From an uncultured delta proteobacterium (GTDB lineage Bacteria > Myxococcota > Myxococcia > Myxococcales > Myxococcaceae), in assembly GCA_963713045.1 (NCBI GenBank), contig CAVQKE010000006.1, forward strand, positions 256,001 through 320,000: 64,000 bases of DNA, in the 5' to 3' direction. Shown in pieces: positions 57,037-64,000 of this stretch. Made by a program: the position numbers and the translations under genes. Within the stretch, counting starts at the first letter, position 1. Each line of letters begins with the position of its first letter. The notes beneath the pieces are model-generated. The model searched no databases. It was not told the origin of the DNA and saw nothing but the letters and a program-made list of their open reading frames with translations.

Positions 57037-58691
57037 AGCACCACCGTCTCTCGGTGCTCGCCGAAGACGTCCCGCAGGGCGTCGGAAATTTCGCCCAAGG
57101 TGGCTTGGGCCTTCACGCCGTCGAGGATGAGGGGCACCAGGTTGTCCTTCTGCCCTGCCGCGCGCCGAAGCGCGTCCAGCGCACCGGTGACTGCTGGGGC
57201 GGAACGGCGGGCGCGAAGGGCCTTCAGCTGCGCGGCCTGGGTGCGCTCCACGTCTTCATTGACGCGGAGGAGGTTTTTGGGCGGCGGCTCCTCCTGGGTG
57301 AAGGCGTTGACGCCCACCACCACCGAGCGGTTCTCTTCCAGGGCGCGTTGGGCTTCGTAGGCCGCGTCTTGGATTTCCTTTTGCGGAAAGCCCTCGGCAA
57401 TCGCCGGCACCATGCCGCCGAGGGCGTCCACCTTGGCCAGAAGGGTCTCCGCGGCGGCCTCCAGCGCGTCGGTCAGGTACTCCACCGCGTAGCTGCCGCC
57501 GAGCGGGTCGATGAAGTCCGTCACCCCAGATTCGTAGGCGACAATTTGCTGGGTGCGGAGGGCCAGGCGGGCCGCCTCCTCGGAAGGCAGCGCCAGGGCC
57601 TCGTCGCGTCCGTTGGTGTGCAGGGACTGCGCGCCGCCAAACGCCGCGGCCAGCGTCTGCAGCGCCACCCGCACCACGTTGTTGTCTGGCTGCTGCGCGG
57701 TGAGGGTGGAGCCGGCTGTCTGGGCGTGGAAGCGCAAGGCCAGCGAGCGGCTGTCCTTGGCGCCGAAGCGCTCCTTCACCAGCCGGGCCCATAGCCTGCG
57801 GGCGGCGCGGAATTTGGCCACCTCCTCGAGGAAGTTGTTGTGGACGTTGAAGAAGAAGGACAGGCGGGGAGCCACAGCGTCCACTTCCAGGCCGGCCTTC
57901 ACCGCCGCCTCCAGGTAGGCCACGCCGTTGCCGAGGGTAAAGCCAATCTCCTGCGCTGCCGTCGAGCCGGCCTCGCGAATGTGGTAGCCGGAAATGGAAA
58001 TGGGGTTCCAGCGCGGGACGCGCCGGGCGCAGAAGGCGAAGACATCCGTCACCAGGCGCAGCGAGGGCCCGGGCGGGTAAATGTACGTCCCCCGGGCGAT
58101 GTATTCCTTGAGGATGTCGTTTTGGACCGTTCCGCTGAGTGCCTCCGCGGCGACGCCCTGGGCCTCCCCCACCGCCAGGTAAAGGGCGAGGAGAATCGGC
58201 GCGGTGGCGTTGATGGTCATCGAGGTGGAAACCTCGGCCAGGGGCAGCCCGCGAAGCAGCACCTGCATGTCGGCCAGCGAGCTGATGGAGACGCCGACTT
58301 TCCCCACCTCGCCCTTGGCGCGCGGGCTGTCCGGGTCGCGGCCCATCTGCGTCGGCAAGTCAAAGGCGACGCTGAGGCCGGTCTGCCCGGAAGCCAACAG
58401 GTAGTGGTAGCGGGCGTTGGCATCTTCGGCGCTTCCGAAACCGGCGTACTGGCGCATCGTCCAGGGCCGTCCCCGGTACATGGTGGGGTGCACGCCACGG
58501 GTGAAGGGGGGCTCGCCAGGAAAGCCCAGCTTTTCGGCGTAGGCCTCGGGCAGCGGCCCGTCCGGGCCGAGGATGGGGGGCACCTCCACACCACTGGACG
58601 TGGTGAATCGCGTCTTGCGCTCAGGGGATTTGGCCACCGCCTTGGCCCACACCTCGCGCAGCCAGCGCTGTCGGTCGCGGGTGCCCATCAC
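57033..58691 (-). CDS. Methylmalonyl-CoA mutase family, N-terminal (substrate-binding) subunit
   Basis: [33 protein letters not shown]; no B12-binding domain. Confidence 0.92.
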   Translation of the reverse strand: MMGTRDRQRWLREVWAKAVAKSPERKTRFTTSSGVEVPPILGPDGPLPEAYAEKLGFPGEPPFTRGVHPTMYRGRPWTMRQYAGFGSAEDANARYHYLLASGQTGLSVAFDLPTQMGRDPDSPRAKGEVGKVGVSISSLADMQVLLRGLPLAEVSTSMTINATAPILLALYLAVGEAQGVAAEALSGTVQNDILKEYIARGTYIYPPGPSLRLVTDVFAFCARRVPRWNPISISGYHIREAGSTAAQEIGFTLGNGVAYLEAAVKAGLEVDAVAPRLSFFFNVHNNFLEEVAKFRAARRLWARLVKERFGAKDSRSLALRFHAQTAGSTLTAQQPDNNVVRVALQTLAAAFGGAQSLHTNGRDEALALPSEEAARLALRTQQIVAYESGVTDFIDPLGGSYAVEYLTDALEAAAETLLAKVDALGGMVPAIAEGFPQKEIQDAAYEAQRALEENRSVVVGVNAFTQEEPPPKNLLRVNEDVERTQAAQLKALRARRSAPAVTGALDALRRAAGQKDNLVPLILDGVKAQATLGEISDALRDVFGEHRETVVL

Positions 58692-59206
58692 TCCACCGTC
58701 AACAGCTTGGCGTTGGCTTCCACCGTCGCGCCCTCTTTGGCCCAGACCTCGGTCACGGTGCCCGCCTTCGGACTCTTCAACTCGTTCTCCATCTTCATCG
58801 CCTCGACCACCAACAGGGCCTGGCCCTCCGCCACCGCCTCCCCCGCCTTCACCAAAAGCCGCACCACCTTGCCCGGCATGGGCGCGGTGAGGGTGACTTT
58901 GCCCTCCACCTGGAAGGTGGCGGCCCCCGCCCGCAGCCGCAAGGCGCGCTCATCGGCCACGTCCACCAGGAAGGTGTCCCCGCGCACCAGCACCCGCACT
59001 TCCTCGCCGACGTCGTCAAATTCAACGTCGTACACCCGTCCGTCCAGAAGCAGCGAAACGGCGTCGAAGTCCAAGGACACGGCGTCCACCGCATGGGCTT
59101 GGCCGTCCAGTGTCAGCACCAGGCGGCCGTCGCCCAACTCCTCCACGTCCACCGCCACCTGCTGGTGGTGGCCGTGCAGCGTGGCGAGGTAGCGGACGCT
59201 CGGCAT
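58688..59206 (-). CDS. Biotin carboxyl carrier protein
   Basis: [15 protein letters not shown]. Confidence 0.92.
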   Translation of the reverse strand: MPSVRYLATLHGHHQQVAVDVEELGDGRLVLTLDGQAHAVDAVSLDFDAVSLLLDGRVYDVEFDDVGEEVRVLVRGDTFLVDVADERALRLRAGAATFQVEGKVTLTAPMPGKVVRLLVKAGEAVAEGQALLVVEAMKMENELKSPKAGTVTEVWAKEGATVEANAKLLTVE

Positions 59207-59223
59207 GAAGGCGGGGGGGGGGG

Positions 59224-60726
59224 TCAGCGGCCGAAGCGTCGGCCCTGTTGGCGCCAGGCGGACAGCGTGGGGCCGGCCTCGCCTGGCGCACCCAGCCGGG
59301 CGCGCTGCCGGCGGACGTCCCTCTCTCGGGCGTGGACGACGGAGGCCAGCAATGCTGCCTGCGCCAAAGCGCCGTCGGTGGGCGCGGTGAGGGCGGCGTG
59401 GGCAGCCGGGAGGAAGGAGGTGTCGTAGTTGCCGCTGACGAAGTCCGGGTGCTGCACCAGGGCGCGGAGGTAGCGCAGGTTGGTGGTAATGCCCTTCACC
59501 AGGTACTCCCCCAAGGCGCGGCGCATGCGGGCAATGGCCTCCGGGCGGCTGGGCGCCCAGACACTCAGCTTGGAGATGAGCGGGTCATAGGTGGTGGGGA
59601 CGCTGTAGCCGGCGTAGACGCCGGAGTCATCGCGCACGCCGGGGCCGCTGGGCGCGCGCAGGTAGCGAATGCGCCCCGGGGAGGGAAGGAAATTCTTGCT
59701 CGGGTCCTCGGCGTAGACGCGCACCTCCAGCGCATGGCCCACCGGGGGCTGGGTGGTGAAGCCGAGCCGCTCGCCGTGGGCCACCCGCAGCTGCCAGCCG
59801 ACCAGGTCCAACCCCGTCACCCACTCGGTCACCGGGTGCTCCACCTGCAGCCGGGTATTCATCTCCAGAAAGTAAAAGTTGCGGTGCTTGTCGACCAGGA
59901 ATTCCACCGTCCCGGCACCGACGTAGCCCACCGCGCGGGCGGCACGCACCGCCACTTCGCCCATCTGCGCGCGCATCGCCTCACTCAGGGCGGCGGAGGG
60001 CGTCTCTTCCACGACTTTCTGGTGGCGGCGTTGGGCGGAGCACTCGCGTTCATTCAGGTGGACGCAGGCCCCATGGGTGTCGGCGAAAATTTGAATCTCG
60101 ATGTGGCGGGGCCCTTCCAAAAGCTTTTCCAGGTAGACGCTGGCGTCGCCGAAGGCGTTTTGGGCCTCGCTTTGGGCGGCGCGAAAGGCCGCCGGCAATT
60201 GGGCGGCGGTGTCCACCCGGCGCATGCCCTTGCCGCCGCCGCCGGCGGCAGCCTTCAGCATCACCGGGAAGCCGATGGTGTGGGCGAAGGCCAAGGCGGC
60301 GTCCGCGTCGGCGAAGGGGGCGGTGCTGCCCGGCACCACTGGGACGCCGGCCTTCTGCATCAGCGCGCGGGCGCGCGTCTTTTCCCCCATCGCTTCCATG
60401 GCAGTCGCCGGCGGCCCGACGAAGACCAGGCCGGCCGCCTCCACCGCCCGGACAAAGGAGGCGTTTTCGCTGAGAAAGCCGTAGCCAGGGTGAATGGCTT
60501 CGGCCCCGGAGGCCCGCGCCGCGGCCAACAGGCGCTCCTGGTGCAGGTAGCTGTCACGGGAGGGTGCCGGGCCGATGCAGTAGGCCTCGTCCGCCATGCG
60601 CACGTGCAGCGCGGCGCGGTCCGCTTCGGAGTAGACGGCCACCGGAGAGATGCCGAAGTCGCGGCAGGTGCGAATGACGCGGACGGCAATTTCCCCGCGG
60701 TTGGCGATGAGAAGCTTGGAGAACAT
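59224..60726 (-). CDS. accC: Acyl-CoA carboxylase biotin carboxylase subunit
   Basis: ANRGEIA, HPGYGFLSEN, GGGGKGM, EMNTRLQVEH. Confidence 0.93.
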   Translation of the reverse strand: MFSKLLIANRGEIAVRVIRTCRDFGISPVAVYSEADRAALHVRMADEAYCIGPAPSRDSYLHQERLLAAARASGAEAIHPGYGFLSENASFVRAVEAAGLVFVGPPATAMEAMGEKTRARALMQKAGVPVVPGSTAPFADADAALAFAHTIGFPVMLKAAAGGGGKGMRRVDTAAQLPAAFRAAQSEAQNAFGDASVYLEKLLEGPRHIEIQIFADTHGACVHLNERECSAQRRHQKVVEETPSAALSEAMRAQMGEVAVRAARAVGYVGAGTVEFLVDKHRNFYFLEMNTRLQVEHPVTEWVTGLDLVGWQLRVAHGERLGFTTQPPVGHALEVRVYAEDPSKNFLPSPGRIRYLRAPSGPGVRDDSGVYAGYSVPTTYDPLISKLSVWAPSRPEAIARMRRALGEYLVKGITTNLRYLRALVQHPDFVSGNYDTSFLPAAHAALTAPTDGALAQAALLASVVHARERDVRRQRARLGAPGEAGPTLSAWRQQGRRFGR

Positions 60727-60830
60727 GCCCCTGGTGCACGCCTGCTTAGCATTCTCCTTTGGGGGACGGAGGGAGCAACCACAGGCGGGGTGGCCCGCGG
60801 CCAAACCCACCTGGGGCAGCCAGCGGCGGG

Positions 60831-61796
60831 CTAGGCCGTCGCGGCGCCGGGCAGGGGCGGTGGCCTGTCCATCCGCAACAGACGCCGCACCCAGGGCGGC
60901 GTGGTGAATTGGTGGCGGCGGCGGGCCAGGACAAGGAAGGCCACGCCCAGGCCGGTGCCGAGGACAACGGCCGGTAGCCCGGCCTCCGGGCCGAAGGCAC
61001 CGCCCGTCAGCCACGACGGTCCTGGAAAGCGTGCGTCCAACAGCGCCGGCAGCTTGATGCCGCTGACGGTGGCGCCGTACAGCGGGCCTTCGAAGAAATT
61101 CCACGCCGTGTGCAGCCCAATGACGAGCCACAGCGAGCGCGTGGCGAGGTACGCGGCGCCGAGGCAGAGGCCTGCCTCCAACGCAATGGCGGTGCTGGAC
61201 AGCCAGGTGGCATTGGGGTTGCTCATGTGGCCCAAGCCGAAAAGCAAGGCGCTGACGGCCAGCGCCGCAGCGCTGCCGAAGGTTTGCTCAAAGAGGCGAA
61301 ACAAGATGCCGCGGCTGACGACTTCCTCGTAGACGCCGACGAAAAAGAAGACCAGGGCAGCATGCCCCAGCGCGCGGGGGGTGGCCCCGGCCCCAAACCC
61401 CAGCACCTGGTAGCTGCCGGCCGCCCACAGGGTGGCCACCACGGAGGTGAGGAGGCCTGCGCCGACGAGGTAGCCTTGCGCGAAGCGTAAAGGAGCGCCC
61501 GGCAGCCCGAGCCCCGCCGCTTCCAGGCCCTTGCCCTCCAGTAGCCGCAAGCTGGCCCACAGCACCAGCGTCGCCAAAAGGGCGTTGCGCAGAGTGCCGC
61601 CGAGGGCGGTGTTGGGGAGGCGGCCCAGCGAAGGGGCGAAGCGCGCCAGCACCCAGGTGGCCAGCGAAAAGAGAAGCAACGTCCACACCAGGCGCAAGGG
61701 CGGAGACAACAGCACGCGCACCGCGCCGCGCTGCCAGCGCTGGGCACCGGTGGGTGTCGGAAGATGGTCTGGATGCATCACGGAAGTCTCTTCCAC
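60831..61796 (-). CDS. CPBP (CAAX) family intramembrane metalloprotease
   Basis: EEVVSRG, FGLGH, HTAWN, GGAFGPE. Confidence 0.9.
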   Translation of the reverse strand: MEETSVMHPDHLPTPTGAQRWQRGAVRVLLSPPLRLVWTLLLFSLATWVLARFAPSLGRLPNTALGGTLRNALLATLVLWASLRLLEGKGLEAAGLGLPGAPLRFAQGYLVGAGLLTSVVATLWAAGSYQVLGFGAGATPRALGHAALVFFFVGVYEEVVSRGILFRLFEQTFGSAAALAVSALLFGLGHMSNPNATWLSSTAIALEAGLCLGAAYLATRSLWLVIGLHTAWNFFEGPLYGATVSGIKLPALLDARFPGPSWLTGGAFGPEAGLPAVVLGTGLGVAFLVLARRRHQFTTPPWVRRLLRMDRPPPLPGAATA

Positions 61797-61934
61797 ACGC
61801 TGCCAACCTTGGGAGGGAAAGCGCCGCCCCCTAGCGAAGGGAAGTACGTCGGCCGAAGGCCACGCATTGCGGGCTTCTTGGCCGCCACGCCCTTCCCCCG
61901 GGGTGGACGCGGCCCTGCCCGCTGGGCGGGTGGC

Positions 61935-62312
61935 TTAGCCTTCGTCGTCCGCGAAGAAGACGCGGACGAGGACCGGGACGAGGCTGGGTGTGGGCAGTGC
62001 GCCCAACGGCAAAAGCAACCGCTGGCCGCTGCAGCCGGTGCTGCTTTGCACGCGGTTGCAGAAGCGGGCGCCGCGGTGGCGTGCGCCTTGCGGCCCAAGC
62101 GCCGCGGGCAGGTGCTTCACGCCGAGAGAGCCAGCGTGGAAGGCCACCCGCGCCAGCTGCGCCGCGCGCTGGGCCTGCAACGGGACGCTGGCCACGGCCG
62201 TGCGCAAATGACACACGGTGCCGGCGGGAAGTGACAGCACGACGGCCAAGAGAATGGCCAGGCCGAGGGCGTACGCCCCCCCCAAAAGGACACCCCAGTT
62301 GGCCTTCGCCAT
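61935..62312 (-). CDS. Hypothetical membrane-anchored protein
   Basis: GAGGG RBS, ATG, N-terminal TM helix; no recognised family. Confidence 0.45.
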   Translation of the reverse strand: MAKANWGVLLGGAYALGLAILLAVVLSLPAGTVCHLRTAVASVPLQAQRAAQLARVAFHAGSLGVKHLPAALGPQGARHRGARFCNRVQSSTGCSGQRLLLPLGALPTPSLVPVLVRVFFADDEG

Positions 62313-62472
62313 GGCACCCTCACTGTCGGTACCCCCTACCAACGGATGGGGTGGCCTTCTATTGCACCGCTTCCGGGGCCCCAGGCTGACGGTACTGACG
62401 CGTTGCGCCAATCCTTCAACTGACGAGGAATTTCCCCGCGGCCCTGGGCGTGTTTCGTAAGGAAAGTCCCTC

Positions 62473-63870
62473 ATGCGACGCGCCGCCCTCCTCGCCCTCG
62501 TCCTCTGGCCACTGGCCGGCCTGGCCTCCGCGCCCATTCTCAGCCGGACGTTGCCCAATGGCCTGCAAGTGGTGGTGGTGGAGGTGCCCACCTCGCCCCT
62601 GGTGACGGTGGAGGCGGCGGTGCGCAGCGGCGCCATGACGGAGGCCCCCGAGGCCAATGGGCTGTCCCACCTGTTGGAGCATCTCTTCTTCAAACCGACC
62701 GCCGCGCTGCCGGACGCCGACGCCTACAACGCCCGGGTGCGCAGCATCGGCATCTCCTCCAACGCCACCACCGACACAGAACATGTCACGGCCTACATCA
62801 CCACCACCGCGGACCACCTCGAAGCGGCGATGGAGTTTCTCAGGGACGCACTCATCACCCCCAACTTTGACGAAGCGGAGTTGGCCCGAGAGCGCCTGGC
62901 GGTGACACAGGAGATGGACCGCGCCGAGTCCGACCCGCTGTTCCACCTCTCGCAGGCCATCGACAAGCAGCTGTGGTGGAAGTACCCATCGCGCAAGGAC
63001 GCGCTCGGCAACCGAAAGACGGTGCTGCAGGCCACGGTGGCGCAGCTGAGAGAGTTGCGCGAGCGCTACTACGTCCCCAACAACTCGGCGCTGGTGGTGA
63101 CCGGCGGGGTGAAGGCCGAGACCGTCTTCGCGCTGGCGGCCAAGCTGTACGGCAGCTGGAAGCCCTCGGCGGAGAGTCCCTTTCTGGCCCATCCGCTGGT
63201 GCACCATCCGCCGTTGCCGAGAATCAGGCTGGTGGTGGTGGAGCAGCCGGTGGCGGCGGTCACCGGGGAATTTGCCTGGCAGGGCCCGTCGTCGGTGGGG
63301 GACGACGTCGACCTCACCTACGCCGCAGACTTACAAACCGTGGCGCTGCTGCAGCCGTCGAGTCGCTTTCAGCAGGCGCTGGTGGAGTCCGGGGTATGCC
63401 TCGGCGCCAGCTTCTCCTGGTTTACCCAGCGCAACACCGGCCCCATTCAATTGCAATTCGAAGCCACGCCGGAGAAGGCCCTGGCTTGCATCTCCGCCAT
63501 TGAAGCCGAACTGCCAAAAATGGCGGACCCGGACTACTTAAGCCTGGAGGAGCTGCACGACGCCCAGCACCAACTTCAAGTTCAGCGCGCCCTGGAGATT
63601 GAACAGCCGAGCGAGCTCGCCCATACCCTGTCCTTCTGGTGGTCGACGGCCGGTTTGGAATACTACCAGAGCTACCTCTGGCAGACGCACGCCGTCACCC
63701 AAGCAGACATTGCGCGCTACGTGCGCACCTACGTCCTCGGCAAGCCCTACATTCTCGGCGTGCTGCTTTCCAAAGCGATGCAGGCGCACGGCCTGTCCCG
63801 CACGGCGCTGGAGCGCCTGGCCATCCCCATTGGAGCGGCGCGGACTTCCCACGCGGCGGTGGCCCCCTGA
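62473..63870 (+). CDS. M16 family (pitrilysin-like) secreted zinc peptidase
   Basis: LPNGL, GLSHLLEHLFFK (HxxEH), YYVPNN. Confidence 0.92.
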   Translation: MRRAALLALVLWPLAGLASAPILSRTLPNGLQVVVVEVPTSPLVTVEAAVRSGAMTEAPEANGLSHLLEHLFFKPTAALPDADAYNARVRSIGISSNATTDTEHVTAYITTTADHLEAAMEFLRDALITPNFDEAELARERLAVTQEMDRAESDPLFHLSQAIDKQLWWKYPSRKDALGNRKTVLQATVAQLRELRERYYVPNNSALVVTGGVKAETVFALAAKLYGSWKPSAESPFLAHPLVHHPPLPRIRLVVVEQPVAAVTGEFAWQGPSSVGDDVDLTYAADLQTVALLQPSSRFQQALVESGVCLGASFSWFTQRNTGPIQLQFEATPEKALACISAIEAELPKMADPDYLSLEELHDAQHQLQVQRALEIEQPSELAHTLSFWWSTAGLEYYQSYLWQTHAVTQADIARYVRTYVLGKPYILGVLLSKAMQAHGLSRTALERLAIPIGAARTSHAAVAP

Positions 63871-64000
63871 AGCGGAGCCTCTTCGCGTGCACGCTGTTGG
63901 CCTTGGCCGCCTGCGCCACCGCGCCTGCTCCCAGGCCGGCCGCGCCGGTGGTGCCGGCGCCCCCTGGACTGGTGACGGACGGGGACGTCAGCCTGGCGCG
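63867..64000 (+). CDS. Partial lipoprotein, probably the second M16 subunit; CTG start
   Basis: (L)KRSLFACTLLALAACATAPAP..., lipobox LAAC, CTGA overlap with the M16 stop. Confidence 0.6.
   Translation, partial: MKRSLFACTLLALAACATAPAPRPAAPVVPAPPGLVTDGDVSLA

Noticed and set aside
57033..60726. Mutase lacking a B12 domain and carboxylase lacking a carboxyltransferase
   Set aside because: Split subunits encoded elsewhere are common, so this is not evidence of novelty.
62415..62470. Hammerhead-like CTGACGA...GAAA, plus three CTGACG hexamers at 62386, 62395 and 62420
   Set aside because: Stem II does not close directly before GAAA and I could not build stems I and III; the hexamers are irregularly spaced.
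1..64000. CRISPR arrays, tRNA/rRNA, IS elements, prophage or recognisable defence genes
   Set aside because: No spaced direct repeats, RNA gene signatures, transposase, integrase or phage motifs were seen by eye.

Overview
A GC-rich bacterial chromosomal window of about 60 densely packed CDSs. The gene content points to a myxobacterium (Myxococcota): a ZAS-Ser/Thr kinase, a vWA lipoprotein, a TonB-domain-fused TonB-dependent receptor, a DnaJ-TPR protein and many D[AG]G-containing lipoproteins. I found no rRNA, tRNA, CRISPR array, integrase or transposase. Most of the window is housekeeping or catabolic (orn, dps, aguAB, acyl-CoA ligase, S9/M16 peptidases, methylmalonyl-CoA mutase with biotin carboxylase, yhbY). 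It also has a strong metal-handling theme (cupredoxin, His-rich DMT, TonB uptake locus, Csp1-like Cu storage protein, CzcCBA-like RND pump). The two best candidates for undescribed systems are (1) a 64-aa Gly/Thr-rich secreted or lipidated peptide ending in ...GGPGGW, translationally coupled to a cytoplasmic ferritin-like diiron enzyme (RiPP-like pair, 1988-2913), and (2) a DUF2946/CruR-like His/Cys leader ORF ending in RAPKQSPP, followed by a structured spacer and an exbB-exbD-tonB-receptor-lipoprotein operon (24561-31899). aguB and an SDR gene are broken by single-base insertions that may be assembly errors. All family assignments come from motif recognition by eye; no database searches were run.
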